Position numbers and translations under genes: made by a program. From Lingula anatina (lineage: Eukaryota; Animalia; Brachiopoda): DNA of 64,000 nt. Positions 49,749 through 62,482 of this stretch are shown in pieces. Every line of letters begins with the position of its first letter. Position 1 is the first letter of the stretch. The stretch is from positions 659,721 through 723,720 of the forward strand of contig CM120648.1 of assembly GCA_051362555.1 (NCBI GenBank), in the 5' to 3' direction. The notes below the pieces were generated by a model, which saw nothing but the letters and a program-made list of their open reading frames with translations, made no database searches and had not been told where the DNA came from.

Positions 49749-51022
49749 TTAAAATGAAATACGCCTTTCCTCATCAATTTTAAAAAATAACAATTGCATT
49801 TCTTGAATATAAGAATGCTTAGGCACCCTATCTAATGCAATATGAATGCACCAAAACAATATTTTTTGCCTCATCTGATGCAATTCTTAAAGTTAAGCAA
49901 TATCTGTGGATTGTTTTGCATTTTTGTAGTGATATTAGCATCTTAAACAAAACAGTGCTATGTCCTATCAATTTTTTTCGGTCTTTATCATCTGTATATG
50001 TGTATATAAACATTAATGACTAATGATAATTACATTAAAAGCACTGATCATAAATCGATGAAATAAAACTGGCGATAAAAAGAACACAAACATCCCTATA
50101 ACTACAGTATAAGAACATTTGTAATATTTAATGGTTTTTGTTTTTTTTATATCTGCTCTGAACCCTAAGACACGCAAAAATATTGGTTTGTTTTAAATTA
50201 TTATAATAAAGCAATATATTTAATGTTCTTTGGTTTCTTTAGATCTGTTTTGAAATAACCCTAAGACAAGCGAAAATATTGGTTTGTTTAAATTTTACTG
50301 AAAACATACACGTATACTTTAGTTATACGGATGTTTGTATTCTTTTTAAGTGGGACTCCACTAACCTGTGTCACACGGCTTACACTCGAAGTTGTCATTG
50401 CATGTGTCGGCGTATGTTCCTGGTTCGCAGGGAGTACATTGAGTGTCGGCGTCCCGCGTGCAGTGTGCCGATACGCGATTTCCCATTGAACAACTCCTAC
50501 ACACAATGACGTCACCCGCATCGGGCCGGTACATGCAATCTCCGTCAACAACCTGAAAATTGCCAGAAGCTGGTTAAACTATGTGTTTTAAGTATTTTCG
50601 TTTTCCAGATGCATTTAGCCTGCAGAAACTGAGGTTTATGCTAGCTTATTGAGGTATATATGCATGACACCAATATTGTCAACTACTTTTAAGAAATAAG
50701 AATGTTGCAGTAATGGCAATTAAATAGTCATTATAGTGTTTTTTCTATTTGAAAAAATAACTATTAATTTACATTTATACAGTCCTCATTAAATCTCTTT
50801 TTTCTCACTGCGTCCATATCGTTGGGTCCTTCAAACGCTCCCCCCCCCCCACACACACACACCTCAGTGCTATATTGATCGATGCTACCTCTCATATTGT
50901 ATTAGTTGTTCTCGGAGCAATGGGGTGAGTTCTTAATAGAAATAAATAGGGTGAGTGTGCACTATTGACCACTCTACTCAACTGCTACTGTTATATTATT
51001 ACATCGTATAAATGTCGTTAAC

Positions 51023-51075
<53 letters not shown>

Positions 51076-54000
51076 CTTCTTTAAAAACCGCTCACAACAT
51101 TAGTCTCAGCGCTAGGTACAATATAAAGATTAAAACATAAAATTCTAAAACAAAGAGGCTGAAGTTGTAATTACCATGCAATTTTAAGTATCTGAAACAC
51201 ACCAACAAAATAACCAGTAAATAAAATCACTAGTGAGTACTTCTACAAAACAATCATTGTAAAATAACGCGTATTGTGTATATAATTCTTCGAGTCGTTT
51301 ATCTTGACCTTGTCATTGTATTTATCATTTTATGTATTTTCCATTTTGTTTGTCATTTCATTTCCTTAATTGATGCCGACACTGCAAGGATGGAGGGTTA
51401 TAAATAGCTACAATTGTAACGTGACTTCTCCGCATGGCACCAGTGCTACAAGTCTTCCGGCTTCTTCAAACCACGTGAAAAACTAAACCTATTAATTTAA
51501 TACTCTGAAAAAAGTCCTCCCTATTTGAACACAATAAGGGCGTCCGGATTAACGGTTAGACAGATTAATGACAGGTTTCACAACAACAGCTTAAATTGTT
51601 GCATAAACTCTTCTATTACGAGATAAGATTTCTTAGCGACCGATCGCCAATCTTTTTTTCTGCTCTTCAGTATCCGTTATCAGTTTCAAATTAATCTTCA
51701 TTAATTCTATTCCAGTGCCCTATTTAACACTATGAATTGCGACAGGGCAGCGAGTGCACATACATCAATGCGAGAGAGGGGGGCTTTTATCTAGTAATAA
51801 CAATTTGGTTTAATATTTTTTTCAATAATATGGGTTACTTTTTTCGGTTTATACCTGTACAGAGATGAAAGACTTACGACTGTAAACATGCTGTTTTATT
51901 GCACCTTGCCTGACGGCACGTTGAGAGCTGCTTCAGTTTTATCAAAAGATTATGTTATCTTCAATTTTCTACTTTCTTTTTATGAGGTCAAATTGTCCCC
52001 ATTTATAACGTATTATCCGAGTGGCTGAACTAAATCCACTTATATCAAATAAGATTTGGGCATCAGCATGTCTCAGTGTAAAAGTAGGAGGAGAGGCACT
52101 GTCAAAAATGTTTTGCAGTTTTAAAATCAGGATTTATATTTGGATCGTTTTCGGAGTTTTTTCAATATATATTTTATTTTTCCCCTTTTATGTGTATACT
52201 TGCGATGTGAGGCACACGAAGTCTTCGGATGCTAATATATGCCTCTATGCCCTTAAAAAAGGACAATCAAGTACAAAAAGGTATAGATCGTCACTCGCAT
52301 ACTCCACATTGGATGGGAATTTTCTTTCACACTTCACATCAACAATGTGCCCAGTTAACCCAAACCGAACATCCGGGAAAACAAAATAACATTATTATAA
52401 CAAGTTTGTTTGCTTTTTGTACACCTCTTTCTGGCTTTTAGGTCGTCTCTTTTGATTAAGCGTACACACCAGACGCGGTGACTCATTGAGGTCAGAATCA
52501 CCTAGCACAGGTGACAAAAATGACCCCTGACCTAAAACGAAATGTCAAATCAACACGACCCCCAGTGACATTTATTACACTACAACGATCATCCGATCTT
52601 AATCCCGCATATTGTTAAATATATACCTGTCAAATCATACATTTTTGGCAATAAAGTCACCACTGATGATATCTAATGCGAGAACACAGAACATAAAGAG
52701 AGACGTAGTAGAATGATAGAATGGTAGAATGATATTATGCAAAATGCTGGATAAGACGATTTCTATAAACTGTGACATTAATGAAAATATTTCCACCGAT
52801 TTCGATGCCAGCGGATGAAGAACGGTTGCTCCACAGACTGCCGACTTTCTCTAACTGTTACAAGGAAAAAGAAAGGTTGAGAGAGAGAGAGAGAGATTAG
52901 ACGCGCGTTTGTGTGTGTGTGTGTGTGTGTGTGAAAGAAAGAAAGAGAGAGATTAGAGCTTTCGCCCCATACACGTTTTTGTATAAGAGAAGTGAGAGAG
53001 ATGCTTCAAGTAATTAATGAATTACAACGCAGTTATCGCGGCAGATGTGACTGCTGCAGCACGCGACGGGAGATGCAATCGGATCGATGTACCTTTTTCC
53101 CTAACATCTGGTACGCAGTCATCAAACACTCCGATAATTCTCATTAGTCGCTGCATACATATCGCAAGGGACCCGGTGAAAATGAGCAAACACAAACTCT
53201 TCTCGTGTCACTTTTTTGTGTGTCACTTTAAACACGTTCGACGGCAAGTTAACCCTACACAAAGACGTATTCATTACGAACAAGTTTGTTTGTTAAGGTG
53301 AGATGTTTTTATGAGACACCCATTTCAGACCAGCGCAAAGAACACTACATTAAACAGATAAAGCTCGGCGTGAACATAATAGACATCGTTTACAATACTC
53401 GGAGATAAGTTTGGACACTGAAAGAAAGAGCAAAAGCCATTGAACAGCATAAAGTGGGGTTAAAATTGCGATATGTGTCGACTGATATATGAAGCAAAAG
53501 AAAAAAGAAGAAAAAAGAAAGAAAAGAAAAGAAATATGACACCATCTATATTATGTCACATTCATAAATTTTGGTTTGAGAGACGCTATCATCAGATTGG
53601 AAGTGTCGAGGGTGGTCAAAATATAAAATGCATAGACCTACTTATATACAGCTATTATCGACAGTCTATTCAGTTATGGCCTATTTAATAATGAGTCAAA
53701 TGAAATTAAGGATCTACATTAATATAATGGGAAATATCTACGAAACTTAACTCTGCATTTAAAAGTTGTTTCCTTTCCCGCAAAAAGAAAAAAAATTACT
53801 GAGACTTCTATAAGATGATTTTAGAAGGAAGCGACTAAGTCATCTATGAGATGTTCATAAACTGACGCAGATTAAATTCGTAAAATGCCGTTTCAATAAC
53901 TAACATTGGTGAAGGAATGAAATCATTGGTATATGTTCGCTATACTGAATTCATATGAGGTTACTAATCCTCTAGGAATGCTACATATAGTTATTAAATG

Positions 54001-54528
54001 ATGAAAGGGCTAATATCGATCTTAATGACTAAAGGATAATTTGTAAATTGTTTCATCTTATGTGTTCATACGTCAGGTATCCTTACCTTTCAGTGAATAC
54101 GTCGTCTTTTATATCTTTTTATGGGCGTTCATGTATAATCATATTAATTGTTATGTGATAAGCTTATTGCTTTTTAAAATTTTCTGTTTGATCTCGGTTG
54201 CCCTTTTTCATCCCATCCTTATCTAAATTAGTGCGGATATTAACAAATCTAACATCAATGCCATGTTAAGGAGGGGATAATAGCTACAAGGTACTTATCA
54301 ATAATGCTTACTTGTCCTGGTGAGGACATAGTGTCTCAGTACAAATTCTATGCGAATTATAATTGCGTCTAGGAGTTAAATACGTGCTAAGAATAAAAAA
54401 ACTCGCCCAAGATTAAAATAATAAACTACCAGGTAAGCATCGTGGAAAGTGTATTATATTCACAGTGCAATTGTTAGGGACGATCTAAAAGTTACATAAA
54501 TGCATATATACATAAATTACATAAATGC

Positions 54529-54572
<44 letters not shown>

Positions 54573-54686
54573 GTGTGCGGGGGTGGGGTAGGGAAAGTGT
54601 TACTACTGATCTGCTTCATAGATAGTAGCCGCAAAATGTATTTCCCCTTTTTGGGACGTGTATGAAACCGCATTTTTATCACCCCG

Positions 54687-54776
<90 letters not shown>

Positions 54777-54781
54777 CTCAT

Positions 54782-54820
<39 letters not shown>

Positions 54821-54976
54821 TACGCTCTCTCTCTCTCTTCTCTCTATCTCCTTAAAAGATAAAATAGCACACAAAGCACTTTACGTGGCAATCAATAAGC
54901 ACCTCACCTTCACAAGCTGGTGTAATAACACTACTAATGCTAGGACCCCCGATGCTGCCCGCATCAACCCGGTCAT
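48539..54976 (-). CDS. TNF receptor superfamily-like type I membrane protein (302 aa), no death domain
   Basis: Exons 54976-54908, 50552-50366, 49705-49571, 49400-49236, 48891-48539 (909 nt). Signal MTGLMRAASGVLALVVLLHQLVKVVDG; cysteine-rich domains CRSCSMGNRVSAHCTRDADTQCTPCEPGTY..CKPCDTECRGEGWIVSVPCTSTANLRCKCGPGY; S/T/P stalk; TM segment ..VEIGLCIIILLFLCGVL; ~75-aa tail. Confidence 0.88.
54690..54850. repeat. Compound (CT)n/(CA)n microsatellite
   Basis: Direct inspection; lies in the first coding intron of the TNFR gene. Confidence 0.95.
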
Positions 54977-57900
54977 GGCTCCTTCAAGGCGTCTGAAAAG
55001 TCGAGATCAACCTTCGTCAAGCTGTGAACACTTCACGTAAAATATTTTCCAGAAAGTGTGTCCCTTCCAATCCAAGAAACGGCTGCAGTCGCTAGGCTGG
55101 AGTGATATGAACACAAAACAACTGTTCTGTAGAAATTCTGTTTAAATAAGGAAGTCCTGTTTAAATGAGTCGATATGACATATCCCGCCAGTCCACCGTG
55201 ATTCTGCAAAAAGTTACACGTGTCTCTGGGTATGCTTCAGCAGCAGGGGTGCGAACGCGGACACAACCCCGTAATGTGGAGTATAAACTCTATGAAAACC
55301 GGGAACTCTGCCCCTGGGACGCTATCCGCTATCAGCACAAAATGAGACCTGATTATATGCGACCTGTCTCAGCTTTCTAAACGGGAGAGGAAGCTGAAGG
55401 GAGATCGTCAGTTGTTTTTCACATAAAATGACACATTGCGACATTAAGAAATCTGTGTTTTAATACGACTTAGGTCGGAGATCAACCTCCGCGTTTCTCT
55501 CTTTAAGCGACAACCCAAGTTAATCACAAGAATCCCAGTCGGCGTCTTAATCTCCGCTGTCTAAATGTGCCTAGGGTGCTTGGTTGATATTGAAGTTAGA
55601 CGTAGACTGAAATAGCAGTGAAAACTTGTGAGTAATAAAAATAACGCGAAATTTGTAGTTTCACCTTCCTTAAAGTGCTATATCTGGAAACACTTACTTC
55701 TTGCGACCGCAGTCGTTTTCACTTTCGCGTGGATCCTGCGTTCATAGGGTCATGTGTTCACGTGGGAGGTTACATCATCGAGATGTACTGATCCTTTCAC
55801 AGAAAAGCTGGTTGATTTCCAACTCCGGTTTAATCGTATCGATTTACTATAGTCCCACGCTTACGATCAGTTGCACACAGTGGATCCTTTGCTGAACTGG
55901 AACCCCGGCGTCAAGGACGCCTTTTAAAAGTACACACCTTTCTATTAGATGCTGGCTGCGGCGACGTGGTACTTAGGTTAAGAAAGTAATAACACGCTAA
56001 CAAAGTTATCGCTCACGCATTAAAACAATCTGCGCCGGTGTCAGGCTGAAAGTCGTTAAGTCGGGTCACAAATAAAACAATTTCGGTGGGTGTTACAGAG
56101 TGGCCTGGCATTTTGATGTCGTTATCAAGTGGTCAGCGCTCTCCGCACGTGACTTGGTGACATTATGAGTTTGTAGGCGACCTCGTAGTAGTAGTAGTTT
56201 GTAGGCCAAGACTGAGGTGTCTGAGATGTCAACCGGGTTTGTCAGTGACGCTAGGTGAGATTCTTTCACACTGGTTTAGTTGACAGCCTAAGCCTCAGCG
56301 TTATTTACACTCCAACTTAAACTGTCGCTGTTTCGAATGATTATCTCGAAGATAAATGCATAAAAAACGACCCGTGCGCTCTCCACGTTTACTGAAGTCA
56401 TTGAAAGTCAACACGGGAATTGCGCAACAATACGTAGAATACCGTTCCCTGGCAGATAAAGTGAAAGGAATCAAAATTAACAACACGTTTGGCAGCTTTC
56501 CTTCGGTTTACACTCTTTGCATATCTGCTTAGGAAGTGCTGTCACTATTTGAGCTTCAATCTCATTATAGATTCTCAACTTAATTATAAATCCCCCTTCG
56601 CTAAAATCCACGTACACAGTGACAATTTTTTTCAGTTCGGCTTTTTAAGATATAAAAGCACCTTGGTTACAGCTGCCATTACAGAACTGCCTGTTCTAGT
56701 GCTTTAAATTGGTCCATATATCCCATTCACCGTACAATGCAGCCGGGCAATTAAGCAGCATCCAATTATAAAAAAAACGATAAAAATGTCAGATACCGCT
56801 ACGCGTCTGGTACAAACTGCGCGTCACGTAAGTGGAATTGCTTGCAGTGTTATAACATGCAGCGACCTGATTAACCATACGTATGAGTTCAAAAATAGAT
56901 GTAGTCTCTTAGAGAGTCTATACCTAGGCGCGTTGCACATAGGTGCCTGTTTTGTCGTCTAGGTGCATGAGAACGTGTTTATTCCGTGCCACACTAATGT
57001 TACAATAAAGTATTTTGTTTATGCTCGCGGAACTCACACCACTGGACAGTTATTAAGCCGCCAAGGTTATCTTTTACAGGTGGTACAACAAAGATGAAAT
57101 GTCACCTGTGTGGGTACTAGTGTCCATGACGTCATCCCTTCCGTCCTGGGATACGACGGTTCAATAAAGGTGCCCCCTCACTCAGTATTAATTTGCAGGG
57201 AAAATGTGGCGAAGCCGTGGCACAGCTAGTACTCTGAATGTCACAGGTAACGAGACGCAGTCGTTTGTCGTCCAGACGCGACCTCGGCCCCGGATGCAGA
57301 AGACAGCGTATACTAGTAGTTAAGAGTGCCAGCACGAAACAAGGCGGGGAGGGCTGTCAACACAGACGAATGATGAAGTTGTCTCGCGGCTTGTGTCGTT
57401 GAAACAATCAGTGGTTTATGAAGTTGTGACTTGTTGCCTGATTTATGAAGAAGTTGCAGAGAGCATGTATGGATATCCTCCTCCACTAGTGCATTTGTAC
57501 ACTTGCCTATTGTACAGCTCTGTACATGTAGGGCTATACGCTGTATAATGTACAATGGTGTATACAAGTACCTGCATAAACTAAGCGTGGCGATTTCCGT
57601 GTAGCTTACCTTTTAACTTATACCAGTAGCTCTGTTTGTGTGCAGTTTGTTCACAAATTGCTTTGAAAAGTGTCAAAACCTGAAGACCCGCTTTACTGTT
57701 TATCGGCCTCGGGTTCTATTATTATTGTTATGTACTGCTTCCCAAAACCTCCAACGCATTATATTCCATAAGCAGGCATTAAATTGCCTTCCAAATCTCG
57801 AACCGATTCATAAATCCCGATCAACAGTAAATATAATTCGGTCGATAAATGTGTAATCGAAGAAAAGGGCAATCCAAGAGTAAACAGAAGCTTGAACAGC

Positions 57901-58239
57901 GGAGAGAAAAGGGCAAAGAAAATATCGTGATTGTGCTCAGCGCAACCGGCGGAAATGTGACAACAAACAGGGACGCTAGGGGCTCTAACAGGGAGGTGAC
58001 GGCGAGAGCTACGGGCAACGGCAGATTCATTTTAGATGTTTTTATAAATAAATTTTATCACAAACATAGCATTAAATTACTTCGTTTTTTTTTACCTTCT
58101 AATTTCTAAACCAAACTTTTTATGTAGAATTTGTTCTTATAATGTTAGGGCAATGGGTGTAACACAAAGCAATATTTCATTTTAGCTATAAAGGCAATTA
58201 AACATTTAGTGTTAATCATTCCCGAAATCTATGTGTGTA

Positions 58240-59145
58240 ATAAGGCCAATGGTTCAAAAATTCGATTATATGGCTAATAAGTCCGATCGGACCGATGGTT
58301 GATAAGTTCTATGGTATGGTTAATAAGGAAGATTGTTCATAAGGCCGGTGGTATGGTTAAAAAGTCCGATCGGACTGATTGTTCATAAGTGTGATTATAT
58401 GGTTAATAAGTCCGATAGGACTTATGGTTAATAAGGCCGGTGATTTGGTAAAAAGTACGATTGGACCGATGGTTCATAAGTCTGATTATATGGTTAATAA
58501 GTCCGGTCGGACTGATGGTTTAAAAGTCTGATTATATGGTTAATAAGTCCGATTGGACTGATGGTTCATAAGTCCTATGGTATGGTTAATAGGGCCGTTT
58601 GTATGGTTAATAAGTACGATAGGACTGATTGTTCATAAGTGTGATGAAATGGTTAATAATTCCGATCGGACCGATGGTTCATAAGTCTGATTATATAATT
58701 AATAAGTCAGATCGGACTGATGCTTAATAAGGCCGGAGGTATGGTTAATTAGGCCGTTTGTTTGATTAATAACTCCGATCGGACTGATGGTTCATAGACT
58801 GATTATATGGTTAATAAGTCCGATCGGACCGATGGTTAATAAGTCTAATGATATGGTTAATAAATCCGATCGGACCGATGGTTCATAATCAGACTAATAG
58901 GACTTGTGAACCATCGCGCCACACTTTCGGACTTTTGTACCATCAGACTTATGAACCATCGGTCCGATCGGACTTATGAATCATTCCATCGGACTTATGA
59001 ACCATACATTCCGAATTTCGGACTGATAATCGGACTTATGAAACATCGGACTATACCATCGGACTTATGAACCATCGGACCATACCATTGGACTTATGTA
59101 CCAAGTCCGATGGTTTGGTTCATACTTGGTATGGTTCATATGTCC
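58240..59145. repeat. Foldback minisatellite array (~22/44-bp units containing the palindrome GTCCGATCGGAC)
   Basis: Units ATGGTTAATAAGTCCGATCGGACCGATGGTTCATAAGTCTGATT run forward to ~58890, then appear in reverse complement (CGGACTTATGAACCAT) to ~59105. Confidence 0.88.
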
Positions 59146-59149
59146 GAAG

Positions 59150-59620
59150 CTGTGGTTCGAACCCACGAGAGTCGTTATTCGTATATGCTTCTTCCCGATC
59201 CCGCGATCGATCCCCCCCGTTGCCGTGGTGAGCTAACATGCGTCACCTGGAATTCGAACTCTTAACTTGCCGTTACCATGGTTTGCTGAGGACTTTTACG
59301 CCCAGGCGTGCCTAAGCCGCCCACCCACCGTATGTACGAATTTTGTCTAATAGTAATCAACGCAAATTTTATTTCTTGCAATACAATTACACCTTACAAT
59401 CTAGAATTCGAACCCGCGTAGAGATGTGTAGCTGTGGCCTCGACTGCGGAGTTATCACGGAGCCGTAGAAGCTTCGTTGTTAAGATATGGAGCCTTTCTA
59501 CCTTGACACGCAGAATGCTAGTATATATGTAAATGTAAGTTCATGAGTCAGTACACGAGGCCTTGTTTGAACACCGACACGGAGCGTTCCTAGATAGATT
59601 ACTTTTTTCTATGATTTTGT
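59150..59620 (-). mobile_element. Second, inverted copy of the tRNA-like multimeric repeat
   Basis: Three TTCGAA B-box-like cores (~59156, ~59253, ~59407) and blocks shared with 26970-27570. Confidence 0.65.
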
Positions 59621-60217
59621 CTTACACTTTTACATACTACCTATACCTCTGTTCCAAAATTTGTAATTTGCTATATCAAACCAATTGCCAGGTTAAGATA
59701 CTCATCGACTTCACACGATCATAGTCTAATGTGTACAAGATAACACTGTCCTGCATAAGACGAACCAAGTTTATAAAAAAGGACTTTGCCGTTAAATCAC
59801 ATAGGCCTACAATACAATGTACATTATGGTAATACTGTCATTATTTTCTCAGATATGGGGAAATGTCCATACGCACTGGGTACCCTCTCTGGTTATACAT
59901 GAAAAAAGTCACATTCCGCAGGTGTCCCTGTTCTATTGCCATTCATTATTGCAAAAACGGCTTTTTTTTACATCCTCCTAAGAATCTGATTGAAAGGAAA
60001 AGAGGTATTAATTTATATCGAGTTGGCGTTAAAGATGAAATCATACCACACAGAATCATATCGCAGCTGTTATTTTGGTAAATTCTTAATGAGGCAGTAA
60101 ATGCTTTCGAATGCGGTGCAGTAAGGTTTTATCTTTTTCTGTCGTCTTTCAAAACGTCGAAGAAACCCCTTCTGCAGGCGAACTTCAACCGGGTGCGGCA
60201 TCATCTTGACAAGTGGG

Positions 60218-60245
60218 ACATCACGTGACAGGCGCATGCGCACCT
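60218..60245. promoter_or_regulatory. Candidate regulatory module: E-box TCACGTGAC next to NRF1-type GCGCATGCGC
   Basis: Exact motifs at 60221-60229 and 60232-60241; target gene unknown. Confidence 0.35.
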
Positions 60246-60540
60246 CTCTCCAATCCACGGATGAGGAGCTGCGTACTGTCGGCATGCTTTTAACTGTGCC
60301 TTTTGTTTGTGAAATGACTTTTTGACTTTGTGTCAGATAATCCTTATCCTTACTTAAAGCTGAAAAGCTTGACGCTGTAGGTAAAACTGAAATAAATAGA
60401 GAGAAATATGCGTCTGTTAATCAGAATCAAAACGTTTTTTGGTCACGGTAGGCCTATAGGCCTCTCCTTACATCAATTAAAATACAAGTATGTATATTAT
60501 CATACACTGGGTTAAAACTATAATCAGCACTGCGGACATA

Positions 60541-60705
60541 GCAGTGGCGGATTTAGGGAGTTCGGGGGGGGTGCGATTTCTGAAAAATACTCCCCTCTTG
60601 AAATTAGAATTTTAACTAGCTGAATTATAGCTCTACCTACCAATGGAACCGTTCGCCCTCTAAAATACCAAAATTTTTCGGGGCCCCGAACCCCACCCCA
60701 AGGGT
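60541..60705 (+). mobile_element. Fragment of a CAGTGGCGGATTTAG-G-run type non-autonomous element
   Basis: 5' terminus CAGTGGCGGATTTAGGG followed by a G-run, a pattern common among invertebrate short interspersed DNA elements; no intact right terminus seen. Confidence 0.4.
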
Positions 60706-62094
60706 AAGGGTCTCTTTTTAGAGCGTTATCAGGCTGATTCTCAGCGATACTGACCCTCGCTTATGCTTGACTTTTATTAGCTAAATAAAACTACGAAGAA
60801 TACAAAAAGATCGATAGAACCCATGTGATCTTACAAACAACGCTAACCTTGAATATGGAATTCAAACAGGGTTTGCCATTTAAACGTGTATTTTGCAAAT
60901 TTTTGGCAGCGAACTTCTTTACTTTTCGGCTGATCTTCTGCTACATGTATTAGTAGCTGATGATTGCTGTTAACTTTTTAAACATGAAGAAAACTCATCC
61001 CTGCAAAAGGAATCTGGTGGTGCTTTTGATATTTCCCCATTTATAGGCCTACCATCTTTTCCTTTCTAATTCCTTAAAAACTGTAACGTACGGAACGTGA
61101 TTTCCACATCTTTTTATGAAAATATGTGATGCCAAATCCATTACTATCATTGTCGATCATATACGCCTAAACGCGTTGAAATTGGGTTACATTATTCACA
61201 ATCATTGAACTTAAAGAGGTGTCACACATGCATCCAAGTCTCTAATGGTGATCAAGAAAAAAAACACACCATATATCGATATTATGAAAGTAAAAAAATG
61301 AAAAAATGCCTTTAGGCACTATTAAGTTTGCAAATCATAAAAGCGTGACTATCTATAATGTAAAAGGAAGAACGTAAGAAATCGCGCTTACTGACTTACG
61401 TTCATTAGCAAACCACAAATGCATTAGTACTTCGATATTGCTGATTTGTGGGTGGACCCTATGTTTGCAGTGAATAAAGTGGGTACTGACAAATCAAAAT
61501 TCCTACCTCCTTTTTTTTCATGTTATCCCGATTTGTTCAGTGCTGTTCAGACCATTCTCTTTCTGCAATGAACAAGCGTTTACTTACCGCAAAAAGTAAC
61601 CAGTAATTCTACCAGTAAAACTGTACCCAATCGTGCTGGAGCTCTCATCGTCAAAACTGGCTAGCCTGCCTAAGAAAACCCTCGTCCTGACGTGAGAGCA
61701 GCTTCTTCAACGAACAGTGAGATCCGTGTCTGATTCTATTACGCAAGTGTATCTATTTCAACGATATCTGTGTCTGTGACAACCGCATCAGAATCACAAA
61801 ACGCATCCACTAAAAGCAATTAAGCTTATAAAAAATCCAACAAAAGTGATTGGTTAGCCAAAGGCATTGTTCCAGCGCGCGTTTGAAGTTCTATCCTTCT
61901 ATTCTCTATCGATCTTATTGCTTCTCTCATAGCACCTTGTGTCTTAACACTCAGGAGGTGCGTTCTTGGAAGTTTTCTGAAACGCCTCTCTCGCCTTGGG
62001 TCCAGAACGCGACAAGAGACGTCCGAATGAGGGGAGCAGTAATTTGATACGCTTGGGTCCCCTAGTCACCGCCCACCTAACACATATATCATAT

Positions 62095-62102
62095 AGGAGG
62101 AG

Positions 62103-62136
<34 letters not shown>

Positions 62137-62335
62137 GAGAGAGAGAGTGAGAGAGAGTGGGAGGGAGAGGGAGTAGGGGAGACTCAAAAGAGAGAGAGAG
62201 AAGGATGGAGAGAGAGAGAGAGAGAGAAGGAGAGAGAGAGGGAGAGAGAGAGAGAAAGGGGAGGGAGGGAGACTCAAAAGAGAGAGACAGAGAGAGATGA
62301 GAGAGGGGAGAGGGAGAGAGATGCAAGAGAGAGGG

Positions 62336-62366
<31 letters not shown>

Positions 62367-62482
62367 GGGAGAGAAAGGGGAGGGAGGGAGACTCAAAAGA
62401 GAGAGAGAGAAGGATGGAGAGAGAGAGAGGGAGAGAGAGAAGGAGAGAGAGAGAGATGGAAGGAGGGAAAGGAAGGGAAGGA
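62095..62482. repeat. GA-rich polypurine low-complexity tract with three GGGAGACTCAAAAG anchors
   Basis: Direct inspection. Confidence 0.92.

Noticed and set aside
57060-58110. Possible exons and short ORFs upstream of the TNFR gene
   Set aside because: No phase-consistent open reading frame or recognisable domain could be assembled.
58240-59145. CRISPR-like appearance of regularly spaced palindromic repeats
   Set aside because: No unique spacers, no cas genes, eukaryotic context; it is a tandem/foldback repeat.
60070-60285. 71-aa minus-strand ORF MPTVRSSSS...
   Set aside because: No recognisable homology or splice partner; better explained as CpG-rich regulatory sequence.
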